Assembly (NCBI GenBank): GCA_013239625.1
Contig: MU055609.1
Location: 9,877,171 to 9,941,170, forward strand
Direction of reading: 5' to 3'
Source: Lama guanicoe
Lineage: Eukaryota
DNA: 64,000 bases
A model generated the notes under the pieces. The model saw nothing but the letters and a program-made list of their open reading frames with translations. It did no database searches and was not told the origin of the DNA. The stretch's first letter is position 1; every line of letters starts with the position of its first letter. Of this stretch, positions 39,128-52,430 are shown in pieces. The position numbers were made by a program, and so were the translations under genes.

Positions 39128-39260
39128 TATGGTAGTTAAGAGCAAAGACCCTGAAGCCGGGCTGCTGGGATCCCAGTCCTGGCTTCACCACTTACCCGCT
39201 TTGTAATATCTTTCTGTAACTTTGCACCTCTGTTTCTTCCTCTGTAAAAGTGAGGTTAAA
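39128..39260 (+). mobile_element. MIR SINE
   Basis: GTAGTTAAGAGC..CCTGGCTTCACCACTTAC..CTCTGTTTCTTCCTCTGTAAAA. Confidence 0.75.
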
Positions 39261-40899
39261 AGCATCCATGTCATAAGTAATGTGTAAAAGTAGCCATATT
39301 ACTATAGACTACTTACAAAGAGGATATTGAGGGCACTTTGCTGACTCCTGGGAAGAGAGAAGGGGGTTGGGGGTAGTGTAGTCATTCACCAGGATCTCAA
39401 ACCCTGGGCTAGCCTTCGGCTGGGTTACTGCTGCTGTCTAATCCTCTCCAGTCACTGTGCTGAGTAGGTCCCCTGTAGCTAAGTCCTGGGAGCGGGCAGG
39501 AGGGGATTTGTAGCCCCTGTAGGCTACATCTCAGTAGGGCATGTGAGGGTAGATGAAATCTCCCTTTTATCCAACAGCAGCCTCCAACCTAGTGTATTCC
39601 ACAGGTTGGGCAACAGACACCCGGAGTGGAGGAGCAGGGAATCACCTAGTTTTCTGCAACATGACAGAGCAGGGCCAGGTGCAACTCTTGTCACGGAATT
39701 CTCACGAAAGGTTCTGCATCCTCCCCAGCCATCTAGCTAAGAGCAGAAAGAGTGGAAGGCAGGTCTGGATATTCATATCCTATGAGAGCAAGTCTGCTGC
39801 CCCCCCTCTTCTGGGACCTCAGACCAAAGGGATCCCCGGAGTGTGCTGGGTCTGCATAAGTAGACTGTCCTTGGGAGAAAAAGAGGTCCAGTCCTCAAAC
39901 CATGGCCAGGAAATTAGACAGGGACCAGTGGCCCTGGAATCAGAATTTCCAGATGATAGGACCCTCCAGGAAAAAAGAAAAAAAGGCCTTGGAGAGAAAT
40001 ATTTTGCATGAGTCCAAATAGACTCACACTTCCAGGGTTGCTGAATTTAGAAGATTTATTTTATCTGGCAAACCTGTGCCTACAACAAGCTTGCTAATTA
40101 CTACATGGAGTTCTCTCTGACACTCGCAGACACCCCACATCATCCACCACACACACCCCAGCTCCAACCCAGCTCAGCTCTGCTAATGTCTAAGTAAGTG
40201 GAGAGAAAACAGCACTGGCATCATTTCAGCTCCATCTCACTTTCTGAATGTCTTCATTTTTAAAATGGCAAATGTGAACCAGTAGCTTCTTTCCTTTCCA
40301 GCACTCTCCTGGTTCCCCAGGCTAAAGCCCCCTGCCCAAGTTCAGGGTAAGACTGACTGAGGCATTTACTGACGAAATATCCTGGTTCTAATGCTCCAGA
40401 AAAGACTCTATGGAGCAGCTGCAGCCACCATCCCCCACCTCTGCTTGGCCCTGCTGCACACTCTGTGCTCCTGAGACCCAGGTCAAGGGAAGGGGATTAC
40501 GCCCCCTCCACCCCTGCTTACATGGAATTCTTAAAGAATCAACCAGATTCTTCAGAACACACACAGTTGTTCTAGGAGTGGAAACTGAGGCCCAGGAGAT
40601 CATGTGACTTGCTAGGCTTCTGAAGGGCCCTGGGTTGGGCTGGACCCATGTATACAGACTCCCAGCCTAGGGCTCCTATTTACCAAATAACTCTTCTTAA
40701 CCCCTGTTGGAGCTCCACTCTTGCCTGTGGGAGAAGTGTTTCTGGGAGCCTCTCAGCCATCCCAAGACTCTGGGCAAATTTGATTTTTAACAATGCCAGG
40801 AGTAGAAGCACTAAGGCTAGGAGAAGGGCATCCCACATTCGGGATTCGTTTAGTTTCCTGCCATTCTCCCATGGCTCCAGTCTTTCCTGACTGTAGGCT

Positions 40900-43020
40900 C
40901 AGCCTCTTTGACGTCTTCGGGTCTTGTCTGCCACTCCCCTCCACGAAAAAGTGGATGCTCCCCCGGAAGCCTGGGCTCTAGCGCCCATGCCTGCAGCCTC
41001 CAAGACGCAGAAGGTGACTGACTGCGGGTCTTGGTTATAGTGTCACTGGTAGTTCCCGGCCTCCCTCTTCCTCTGTCTCACTATTTAGCCACCTCCCTCG
41101 ATCAACCCAGAAACGATTGGAATGAAGCACTGGGGGGGGGGCGTGTTTAGGGGTTATCCCCTCAAAAATGTTCGGAGCACCGGGGAGAAGTCGGTTCGTG
41201 TTTATTGCAATGTGTTGCTACCGATGGCGTCCCTTCCCTTATGGCTCCTCCCTTCCCTTCTGGTCCCTGTCGACGTGCTGTTCTCCCCAGCTCGCGGGAA
41301 AGGAGGGCTCTCGGATAATTATAAGAATATAATTAAGTCAATTGCGAAACCGGCCAAGAGTGGCGCTGAGCTAGCTAGAGGCAGGGTTGCGGCGCGAAGG
41401 TCTTCCGCGGCCTTTCCACGGTTCCAGCCCGGTGAGCGCAGAGGTCCGCCCCCGGTGCAGCCCGGCTGCATAGTGCCGCCTGAGGACCCCGCGGCTGCAC
41501 ACGTCTCTAGTTTATTCACAAACCCAGCCAGCCTCGGGAAAGAGGCGGCACCCGCGCAGCCACCCCCTTTTCCAGCCCCTCCGCGGGGCCGCAGCTCTGG
41601 AGCGAGATGGTTGTTCGGCCGCAGTGGGTCCATTTCCCGACCCCTTTCTCCTCCAGATCTTCGCCTGCTCAAGAGCGATCGGCTCCGTTGGCCCCGGGTG
41701 GGAAGAGGGAGACTCCAGATCGTGTGACCTGCAGGAGCGATGCGGCGGGGCTCCCCACACGCGGGAGCAGGACTCGGGGTTAAGAGTTTAGGGAGAGGCC
41801 GGCCTCTCTGCAAGCACAGAAATGGCAGGGCCTCCGGTGTGTCCACTTTCACCTTGAGCCCACCTGCCCAGCCCAGGCACCGGCTCAGGGGTCAGCGCCT
41901 CTACACCTCTCGGAGGAAATGTCTTTCTCCCCTTCCCGTGTGCATGGCCACTGCCCCAGGTCTATGTGGTGGGGGCTCGCAGGAGCACCCTCGAGCGCCT
42001 TCACTGCGCAGTGGCCGGACCAGGGCGCTGCGAAGCCTGTGCACTCTTGTTCGTTCGCGGGAAGAGGGTTGCAGGTTCAGGAGAAGGTGGAAATAGTTCC
42101 GCTCCCACAAGCACCCGACCTGGGACGCCGTCTTTCTCAGTAACTGCGGCAAGGCAGGCCCCATGCGCTTATGAGATATGCCGCTGGGGCAGGGGAGTTG
42201 GGGACGCTTCCAGGTGTGTCGGGACGTGGGCCTCAGGTCTAAATGCTCTGCTAAGTACGTCCTGGTTCCTGGTCCACGCGAGTGTTTCTGCGCCTCCGGG
42301 CCACAGTGGCTCTGTGCCCGAGTATGTCCCTGAGCGACCGGCGCCCTTGCGGGGTCCTCCCCTCCCGACCGCACATCTGTGCAGGGGACAGCCCTGGAAG
42401 GCTCGCCAGCCAGGACCACAGCTTCACCTCGGGCGGGGCCTGATAGGGCGCGACTTGTTCGGGGATTCCAGACCCGCTCCGGGCCGCGGCGTGACCCCGG
42501 CGGGGAAGGAGGATGTGAGTGTGTGAGCCTGGGCAGAGGACTGCGCCGTGGCGTGAGAGGGAGGAGGGGTTACAGGAGCCTCTTGTGGAGAAGCTGGAAA
42601 GACTAATGGCGCTAACTCCTTCCTACCAATTCCGCGCAGCTTGCTGGGGCAGCAGTGCCTCAGGAACGGGACGGCCTTCCACAGCCCTGAATTGGAGCCA
42701 GAGGTGCAGAGCCATGTGAACCTGGTCCCCTACGCTACACGCACACACACGCGCGCGCGCGCGCGCGCATTTAGCCTTTCGGAGCCCCAGGCAGGGTAAC
42801 TGGTGAGGCCATAAGTCCCCGCTCAGGCGAGGAAATACTGCCGGCGCCTGAGCCCGCTGCAGCTGCTGCGGAGCCGCGTAAGCCCCACCAAAGCGGAGCG
42901 AGGGGACCACGGGAGTCCCGTCCCTGCCGCGAAGACGCTGGTGACGGATTCTTGGGAAACAGCGACCCCTGGAGGAGCCGCGAAACCACACGAAGAGGCA
43001 GGAACTGGATGACTAGGTCG
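40900..43020. promoter_or_regulatory. Upstream CpG island of FOXD2
   Basis: CpG-dense, repeat-free block 3.5-5.6 kb upstream of the FOXD2 ATG. Confidence 0.8.
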
Positions 43021-43500
43021 GGGACCAGTGTCCCTTCCCCAACCCACTCCTTTGAAAATTATCCAGAGGCTCATTACCTCAGGATTCCTCTTTGTGCATA
43101 CTTGCTTCCTTTCCCAGTCCGTACCTAGGCCTCAAATCCTAGCTTAGAATCCCGACTTCTCCAGAAAGGAGCCTTCTTGAAAGCCCAATTCATCTTCCCG
43201 TCTTCCTACTTTGAGCTCCTCAGAACCTAAAGCCTGAACTCGACTCTAGAGCTAACAGCACTAGCAACCTGCTTTCTGCCTCCCTTTCTCCAAAGAGACC
43301 ATTGGTCCATCCACTCCACTCATCCTTTGCATTCCATGCTGGATGTGTTCTCCAACCACCCTCATCCTTGCCACTACCAGTAAAGAATGGAAGTCATTTA
43401 TTCCAAAATTGGACTGTAGGTTTTCAAAGTTAGTTTCAAAGATGGGTAAATTGAGACCCAGACCGAGGACTGACTTGCCCAAGGTCACACAGCAAATTGA
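41000..43500 (+). ncRNA. Position syntenic to human divergent lncRNA FOXD2-AS1; expression here unproven
   Basis: Positional inference only: the human lncRNA lies a few kb upstream of FOXD2, on the opposite strand, over the upstream CpG island. Confidence 0.35.
42736..42770. repeat. Alternating purine-pyrimidine tract (CA)n(CG)9
   Basis: TACACGCACACACACGCGCGCGCGCGCGCGCGCAT. Confidence 0.9.
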
Positions 43501-44984
43501 TTGCAGAGGTGGAACTAGATCCCAGACTCCCATTTCCCAGCCCAGAGCATTCTCCCTTTTACCTGCATGGGGAGGGCAAATGCAAGAAGGAACGTGCGTG
43601 TCTGTGTGTCTGTGTGTCTGTGTGTGTGTGTGTTGGGGCAGGGATGAGGAGTCTGCTCCAGGACGGGGCAGTAAGGAAGGACGGCAGGGCAAAGTTGCCC
43701 TGGGGGATCAGACTCTTCCTTCCCCCCAGCACTCACCCAAATCAAGCTACTCTGAAAGGCTCCAAATTTCATGGGGTTGGCTGAGTGTCTTATACTGGGG
43801 CTGGGAACAGCTTCAATTCAGGCAAATACCACCCTTTCCTCTGCCCTGGAAAGGGAGAGGGAGACTGTTAATACATACACACAGGGTGCAGCTGAGACCT
43901 CAGATCAGCAGGAGCAGGCCTCTGGTGCCTGCAGTTAGAAAGTTAAAGGAGAAGCTGGGAGGGTGATTTGCATATAATTTGTATGCGGCTCCAGTGATAC
44001 ATGTCCAGCAGCCTGAGACCTTCTCAGAGGGGCTTTCCTTCTGCAAGACGTGTGCTTCTTTGCACAGACTACCAGGCAGACTGGCCCCTGCCTCCTTGTC
44101 CAGCCTTGTCTCCAACCCTTGTGCTGTATTCACAACTGATTTACTTTTCCTTACCTCTTCACCTTTGCATGCAGTTCACTCCTGCCTGGCTCACTCCTAA
44201 TCCTGTGTCCATTTCAAATGTCAAGCTCTATGAGCTGCCTCCCCCAACAGCATCCCACACTGGTCAGGCTGTGGAGGGGCCCTGCCTCTGGGCAACAAAA
44301 GCACTAATTCCCTCTCTTGTCATGATTTGTTTCCTAGTCTGCCACCCTCTGGAGACTGTGAGCTCCTTGAGAACAGGCATTATGTTGTCTTCGTCATCAC
44401 TGTTCCTCTTCTACAAAGTGAGGATAATAGTTGTACCTGCCTCACCGAGTGATTGTGAGATCAAATGAGAATGCATATCAGGCACTTAGCCCAGTGCCTG
44501 AAACTTTGAAAGAAGCTCAGTAAGTGCTCCCCACCATGATAACCATCATTATTAAACACTCTACCTCCTGCCAGGCATGAAATCCAACATATAGTAGGTA
44601 CTCAATTAATGTTAGATATGTGGATACGTGAATGAATGAATGAATGAATGAATGAATGATATACATTATTTCTGACTCTTTCTGGGACTTCCCAGAAAGT
44701 TATCTTACAACATTCAATTAGAAATATGTGTTCTCTAAGGACAGACATTATTTCTCCCCCATCAGTCCCATTCCTGAAGGGAGGAGCACATGTTCCCATT
44801 GGAAAGAGTTTTCCATGATCCCTGATGCCAGCAGTCATTGGCTTTCTCTTTCATGCTGTCTGCCTCAGTTTCTTTCTTTTAAAATGGTTCTGACCAATCA
44901 AACCAGCCAAACCCTTCCAAAATCTTCAGGGAATTCTCCATCACTTGTAAGACAAAACTCAATCTCCTTAGCATGATGAGCTGA

Positions 44985-45710
44985 ACATGCTCAGTCTTGG
45001 GATGTCTCACCTCTCTGTTGGGGAAAACCTCCCCTCCTGTATTCCATGTGGTCCTGATGATACTGTTTAATCTCTGCGCCCCTCACACTTACCTCCAGGA
45101 GCCGCCAGACAACCTGGCTGGATCAAACATAGCATTGTGAGTTCAAAGCCAAGTGATAGGTCTAAGCAGGAGTAAGTGACCTAAGCTGAGCCAATCACTC
45201 CTCCTATAAGATTTGATATAAGGACTCCGGGGCTCTGGGAGGGTGCTTCTCCTTTTGGGTCAGAAGATCAACGCATAGGTTTCACTGCCAGCAGCCAGCC
45301 TTCCTGCCATGTGGAGAGAGCTGTTGGACATCAGTGCCCACCCACAGGAAAAAAAAAAAACACCCTAAGGAGACAAAGCTTAGTAACAGTGTCAAGTCCT
45401 CTGGCTCTGCCTAAAACTGGAACCCTTAGACTTCCCAGACATTCCAAAGATATTCCCCTTTTTGTTTAAGGTAGGTTGAATTGAATTTCTGCTAGTTTGA
45501 GTTTAGCTTCACAAACAGCAGAGCCACAGGGGAGAAGGATCCTGGATTCCTGAGATCACAGAGGAGCCGTACCATCCTGAACTGCCTGCACAGACTTTCA
45601 TGTGAAAAGGAAATAAACTTCAGTCTTGGTTAAGCCACTCTCATGGAATTTTCTTTGGTGGTGGGGGAGTCTGTTACTCACAACTAAACATAACCTTAAT
45701 TAATACAGGG
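44985..45710 (+). mobile_element. Old MaLR (MLT1) LTR sequence
   Basis: GTGACCTAAGCTGAGCCAATCA; GAAATAAACTTCAGTCTTGGTTAAGCCACT..TCTGTTACTCAC..CCTTAATTAATACA. Confidence 0.65.
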
Positions 45711-45754
45711 AATATAGGGAGGGATGGGGCAGTGTCCCATAGACACAAAGGACT

Positions 45755-46030
45755 GGTCTGGGATTGTCAGCCTGGAGAATTAAGGGCTCAGGGTTGACAC
45801 AGCCTCCATCTTCAAATCTCTACATGGATGACCTGGAGCAGAGAGAGACCAAGGCAAAAGGGAGCCTGAAATTTGTAAAGAGACTGGACTTCTGTGACTC
45901 TATGGAAGGAAAAGGGTCCAACAGGGCTGTCCCTTAGAGATGCAATAGTCTACTTTAATGGTAGTGAGCTCCCCATCACTGGAAATGCATGAGTAGAGGG
46001 TAGATAATCACTGGGCAGGAGTCGTAGTGG
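45755..46030 (+). mobile_element. L3/CR1 LINE fragment
   Basis: CAGCCTGGAGAA..GGCTCAGGG..TCTTCAAAT; GTAGTGAGCTCCCCATCACTGGA. Confidence 0.6.
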
Positions 46031-47179
46031 CATCTAGGTGCAGCAGAAAGAGTACAGGTCTTAGAGCTAGGTTTAAACTATGTTCTCACCACTTATTAGT
46101 CTGAGACTGATAATCTCTCTAAGCCTCTGTTTCCTCATTTGTAAAGTATCCTGATAGCTGTGCTGGAGACAGAGACCAAGAAAATGTCCTGGCGCCACTT
46201 CACAGGGGCTCCTGAGGCCCATGCTCTATTTGGAGCCAACTATGAGTCAGGACGCCTTGGTGAGATTCTTCGCTCTCCTCTCCAACCTTGACATTTTTGA
46301 GGATGCCTGATCCAACCTGCCAGGAGACTTCACCTCCCCTGCCCCACCCCCACCTGTTTGTTTATGAGATTGGAGAGGTACGTGTGAGCAGTGCATCCTC
46401 TATTCTGGACGGCCTGGATCCAGGATCAGGGCTCTTAACTACTGCGCTCTGTTTATAATTCCAAATGTGGGCAATTGCCTTTCACAGCAAGAATAATCAT
46501 CGTGTTTCTGCACAGCCCTGCCTTGCCCAGGCTGCTGCTCATCTCAGCCTAGGTTAGCCCCAAATGGTGCCACCTGCCACATGAGCTGACATCACAGATC
46601 TGGGCTGACCCTGGGGTTCCCAGGCTACAGAGGAACTTGCTTTCCCAGGAGTTTGGCTCCGCCATCATCTCATGCCTCTCACAAGGGGCTCTGCTTGATC
46701 TTCCCTCCTCCACATCCTCCCACAAAGCTGGGCTACTTAGATTTGGGGGATTCAAGGCAATAAAGTAGGAAATCTGAGGCCAGAGAGGAGCAGATCTTAG
46801 AACATGATTCTATGATCAGAAGAAAGGAGTCCTGACTGGGGCCCAGAATGAAGAGGGCAGGGGAGTGGAGATGGCAGCATCTGGCAGGAGGCCTGGAGGC
46901 TGGAACAGTGGAGGTCCAAAAAGCCAGTTCCCTCCAGCTGCCACCAATGCCCAGGATTTGGGGGCAGAAGGGAGAAGGAGTCATCACCCTGGGTGGATTG
47001 ACAGCCAGAGCACAGACCCCACCCAGGGTGGAGGTGGCAAGTGCCCAGAAGCCAAAAGCCTCTGTGGGAAAGCCACTGGGGAGGGGGGCAGTGAGGCTTG
47101 AAAAGGTGAAATTCTGACCACAGTCACCAAGTGACAGAAATAAAAAAGGACAGCTGCCAAGAGAGCCAGTGTGACCACA

Positions 47180-47710
47180 CAGGGAGGTTGGTGTCTTGAT
47201 AAGGGCTGTATGGAAATGCACTTCTAGGGATTGTTTCTGCAGATATACCTGCACACATGACATGTGCACAGGTCTCATTGCAGCTGGTCTGGGAACGTCC
47301 AAAGGTGGACAACAATGGAACTGTCCAACAGTAGGGAGCTGACTAAGCAGATAAAGGCACATCTACATAAGGAAATAGTACGCTATGTAAAATAGAATAA
47401 AAAAGTTCTTCATTTATTGATTTGGAAAGAGTTCCAAGATACATTGTGGAGTGAAAAAAGTCAAGATACGAAACAGTGTAAACATTATGCTTCCAACTGT
47501 GTTTTTTTAAAGGAGGAAATAATGTATATATGTTTTGTTTTGTATATGCAAGAAAAAGACCGAGAAGGATGAATAGAAACTAATAACTGATTCCCTGTTG
47601 GGTCAAATGGGGAACAAAAGAGGAAAAGACTTTCCACTGAATACTTTTTTATACTTTCAAAGCCAAGTAAATGTATTTCCTATTTAACAAATAAATAGTT
47701 TAAAAGAAAT
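47180..47710 (+). mobile_element. Old LINE-1 (L1ME) 3' end
   Basis: GATTTGGAAAGAGTTCCAAGATACATTGTGGAGTGAAAAAAG..GGAAAAGACTTTCCACTG. Confidence 0.7.
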
Positions 47711-49123
47711 AATGGAATCATCCCAATAAATAAGACTGCGTCTGCAGAACCTAAGAGTAATAAAAACCATCACTATGTGCTGAGCACTTTCTCAGGGCTC
47801 CAGCCTGAAAATACGGGTGGTGGCTGTAATGTTGAAGGCAGGGATGTGACAGTCTGACCTGGTGGGTGGCTGTGAGTGTTGGCCTGCCACCCTCAGGCAG
47901 GGCAGTAGGCAGTCTGGAAGCTTGGACCCCAGACTTCCTTTCTACCTTGCCCTCCTTCTTCTCTTCTGTTCCCATCCCCCTGTCTTTGCCTCCTCTCTTG
48001 GTCCCACCTAAATTGCTTTGGAAGTTGTCCAACTTTTTCAGTCTGTCAGTCTGGACAGGAATTAGGATATAGGAAAAGGGATTCCAGAGGAACTAGAGCA
48101 GCAGGCCCTCCCCTCCCTTCCTTCAAAACCCAGACCAGAGCTCACCTCCTCCAGGAAGCCTTTCTTGTGAAATCCATCAAGCCCCAGCCCCCTCACAACT
48201 CAGGGAGACCATCTGATGCCCAAGGTGGGGCCTGTGTCTCCCTGAAGCAGGGTCCAGGCCTCTTGTTTCTAATTCTCCTCCACCCTCTAAACCCTAAGTC
48301 CAGCCTCCGGATCAGGGGTGACTCAGGCCAAAGCCAGGTATGCCCATCTCTGGCCAGGCTGCCCAGTGCAGGAGAGAGTGGACAGAGAAGACACAGGCCC
48401 TGTCCTGGGAAGCCCCCAGCCAGGTAGGGCAGAATATCCTTGCCAACTGTCACAGTGTTATGATCAGTCACAAAGGCCATCCCAGGCAGAGCACATTCTC
48501 CCTGTTTCAGAGGAGCCTGAGGCCGAGCTCAGGGTTTAGACCCAAACTGGTGAGTGACCAAGGTGACCTAATAGCTCCCTCATCTTGTCAGCATTCTGCA
48601 CTCTGTATTGTCACCTGCCAATATTTGACTCTTCTGAGCAGGGCAGTGTCTAATTCACCTCTGAGTCCTCAGCTGGGATGGGGCACACAATCAGGGAGTT
48701 TGCAGAGACTTGAGAATTGCTTTGAAGGACAGAGAAAGGAAAGGCCTTTCCTAAGTGTGTGACCGGGGTATAGATCCCAGGTTTCCTGACCCCGGCATTG
48801 CACGCTTTCTTCTGTTTTCCTCTTACAGAGTAGATCAGTTCTCTGCACCAAAGAGTGTCCACCCTACCCCCATTCCAAGCCCCTCTGTAGTAGGTTAGCT
48901 ACCAAGGGCTGCCAAGAAGAATGGGGGAGGATGGAAGATCTGGGAGGGCTTCCCAGGGGAGGTAGGAACTGCAGCCAGTTTTCCTCTTCTGAAATAAATA
49001 ATTGGGCTCCCCATGAGCAAGTGCCTTTCAGCTGTCAGAAGCCACCCCCCAGCCCAAAATAGCATCCAAATGTATCCTGGCTTGTTTCCACGGATTTCCT
49101 GCTCAAATCAGGTGCATACAAGG

Positions 49124-49141
49124 TGGCCAATAGGTGGCGCT
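49124..49141 (+). promoter_or_regulatory. Candidate CTCF site between FOXD2 and FOXE3
   Basis: TGGCCAATAGGTGGCGCT, one mismatch to CCASYAGRKGGCRS; retains a CpG in CpG-poor unique sequence. Confidence 0.6.
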
Positions 49142-49557
49142 TTTGTCTCCGCAAAATTAATAAGAAGGGGGAGGAGACAGGAGTTTAGGGAGAGGGGAGA
49201 GAAATGGGGAGGATCCGAGAGGGAGGAAATGGAAAACTGAAAAAAAAAAAAAAAAAGGAAGCTGGAACCTGTCACTTGGCTTGGAAAAGTAGTTTTCAAG
49301 ATCAGGACTATGGGTGTGAGTTGGGGGGACACAGATGTTAGGGTGAGCTGAGGAATTTTATTGGTGTCTGAGGCTTTCCATCCATGCTTCCACCTCCACT
49401 GGCCTCTTTTCTCAGAGGAAGAGAATGACTCTGGAGTCAGGCAAACCTGGAGTCTGGTTCTGAGTCAGTCACTTTGCAGCTTGACCTGGTTAAGTCACTT
49501 AACCTTTATGAGCCCCAATTCCATCATCTATAAAGTGGAGCTAATAATTCTGATAAT

Positions 49558-50345
49558 GTGATCCTGCATTCCAGGAATAAACTGTACTTGCAAGATGGTG
49601 CATTTTTGTAATACAGTACTGGCTTCAGTTTGCCGATATTTCGTGAGGAACTCTGCATCTTCTTTCGTATGTGAGAATGGCTATATTTCACATGTTCATC
49701 CCTTCTTTATCAGTTTTTGATAACATAATTAAGTAGATAAGATTGGGATGACTTCCTTTTTTTATGTGTTCTGGAACAATTTTTATGACTAGAAAAATAG
49801 CTTCCTTGATGGTTTGACAGAATTCACAGGTAATACGGGCTAGCCTAGGTGCTTCCTAGTGGGAGCAATGGAGGAATGGTCTCTGACAGTGTTTTCTGTT
49901 TCTTTTGTACTAAGAGGTCTATTGAGATTAGTTACTCCTTAAATTAGTCAAGCCAGATCAGGATGTCTGCCAGCCAAATGCCCAGCCCTAAACTTTCAAG
50001 GTGTGCATGAGCCTGTGATTAAGTGGGAAAGTTTGCAACCTCCATGTGAATAGGAGGGTTTTAGCCAATGGCTGATTGTTTCTTTATCTTTGCATATCTA
50101 CTTTTCTCCACCACTGCTTCCACCAAGCCACCATCCTTTCCTATCTGGATACTGGTCACCACCCCACCCCAGAGCCCCTCTAACAGCATATTTGGGGCTA
50201 TGAAATTTCCTCTGAGCACAAGTTTGACTGCATTCTATGGATGTTAATATGTACTGGTCTCACCTTTATTAATTTTAAATAGTCTATAATTTTAATTTCC
50301 CTCTAACCTAAGAGTTAAGGTTTTAAATTTTCAAGTAGGTAATTA
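49558..50345 (-). mobile_element. Old LINE-1 ORF2 fragments, antisense and interrupted
   Basis: CCTGCATTCCAGGAATAAA..TTCAGTTTGCCGATATTTCGTGAGG; GCTATGAAATTTCCTCTGAGCAC. Confidence 0.65.
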
Positions 50346-50529
50346 AAGTGTGGGCCAAGAACATGTTCTTATACATGTGTGACTTTTTGAACACTTTTGA
50401 ATGTGTGTTTTCATTTCAATAATAATCTTAATAATCTTAAATTTCATATAAGCATATTCCAGATCACTTAGATAACCTCCTGTTATCACAAGTATCAGAG
50501 ACCTGATATATAGAGTCTTCATTTGCATT

Positions 50530-51005
50530 TATTAAGTAGTGTTTCTTTAATCTTGAGATAAGGCAAAAAATGAGGTAGCCTTTATAAATAAATGCTGTGT
50601 TTGGCCCTGTTGGTGGCATGGCCTGCTACATGAAGGAATGCCTGCACTTCATTCAAAAGAAAAAAAATGGTGGATGAATTTAGACATCACGTGGTGCGAG
50701 GCACACCAAACCCAAAGACTTGCAGGGGAGGAGTCAGGGCCACGTTCACGGTGCACGGGATTTAGTTTCATCAAAACAATATCTTCCTTTACATTTGATT
50801 AATGTAATGAATTTGAAATTTTATTTTGAAGCTCTGAATTTATTAAAGAATTTTGTTTTATAGTGATAAAACATAAGTTTTACATAAGTGATACAAATCT
50901 AAGGAACTTATACCTGCACATACTAAATGACATTATAATAAAAATTTAAAGTCAATACTGGGGGTCCACACAATTTTCTTCCTTTAAGAGGAGACCACTT
51001 TAGCC
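50530..51005. mobile_element. Probable old hAT-type DNA transposon fragment
   Basis: AT-rich body ending GGGGGTCCACACAATTTTCTTCCTTTAAG, like Charlie-family ends; subfamily not identified. Confidence 0.35.
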
Positions 51006-51599
51006 TCTTGTATCTCACAAAATCCTCCCTCTACCTCATACTTCTAGGAATTCCCAGGGAGGTACTTCACGCGGGCTTAGACGCCAACCCTTTCTCCCTG
51101 TGGCCCATTTTTTCTCCTACCTTCTCAGATGAAGCACAGCCCTGAAAATTTCCTGAAGGAGCCTCTGTTGATATACTGGTCTGTGTCCCTGCTGAGGATG
51201 TCACTTTCCTAGGTACTTAATTTTCCATGTACCAGGGTGATGTTGGCCACTTTCTTGAGCTGGAGCCAACGAGCCCTCTAACTGGCTCAGCACTATCCTG
51301 GGCCCAAAGCCATCCTTCCAGTATTCCAAGTCCCTCTAGGTCAGGAAGAAGCCTGGCCTCAGCTCACCTATAAGGATTCTTTATTCCTATAAGGAAATCA
51401 GAACCATTCCCCTGCCTTAATCCTCCAGCCAAAACTAGCATCCTTCTTTTCCATAACACTGGTAGGATGGGTAGGTAGGTAGTGCCTATGTAACTCAGGA
51501 AACAATCTCGCATTCCCTTCTTCCTTAACCCCTCCAAAATAAAAGTCTACAAAACACAGCTTTGACTCAACCATTTCATCATCAAAATGCACACTTAGC

Positions 51600-52430
51600 T
51601 TCTTATGCTAAAATAATCATCTTAATTTCAGATGTGCAAAATTTCCTCCCAAATTGACCTTGACTACAATAAAGAAATAAACCAAAAGGGAAGATTGGAA
51701 TCCCAGAAGCACAGGATCCAACACAGGATAGAGATGGAGGGAATTCCAAGGAATTCTCAGGAAAACGGTGAAGGGAAATTTCAGGTCCACATCTGGGCAG
51801 CAGACATGGAGCGCAATCAGCCCAGGCTGGAGCTGGAGGACACAGGGCTCTGGGAGAGATGCCCCCAGGAAAGGAAAAACACAACAACCCAGAGTGATGA
51901 CAGATTTCCTGATAAGTTTGGCCTCACAAAAAATTGTGCTATTGGAAGATACGGGAAGAAGATTTAGCCAGAGGAACAAAGAAAGCTGAGCAAATGAAAA
52001 AAAATAAGGCATTGACTCCAGGAAAAATCAAAAGTTGCACCAAAAGAAAAGAAAAGTGTAGTCATGGTACATTGGCAGCTTATCAGAGGACAATATTTAT
52101 ACAGTAATAATAATAACGCAAATGCTAAAAACTAATTTAACCAAAACTTGATCATTTGGATGGGGATGGGAAGAGATAGAGACCTAGAGGTAAATGATCA
52201 TCTACATAATAGGAAGTGAGTCATTACTGTTTTAAGAGAGAGGAGTGTTAGCATGGAAACATGGAAGTATGTTCCAAAAGAGACTTACGAACTGAAAGTA
52301 GATGCTTCTAGGGAACAAAGCAGGGGTCCTGGCAGTGGGGCAAGACACCACTAAAGGCCTTTGATTGCTGTTTGACTTATTAGATTATATGATTGTTTCG
52401 ATTTCAAAAAAACAAAAATTAAGTGTTAAA
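51600..52430 (+). mobile_element. HAL1/old L1-related fragment
   Basis: GGTGAAGGGAAATTTCAGG..GCAGCAGACATGGAGCGCAATCAGCCCAGGCTGGAGC..GCTCTGGGAGAGATG resembles HAL1 3' region. Confidence 0.55.
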
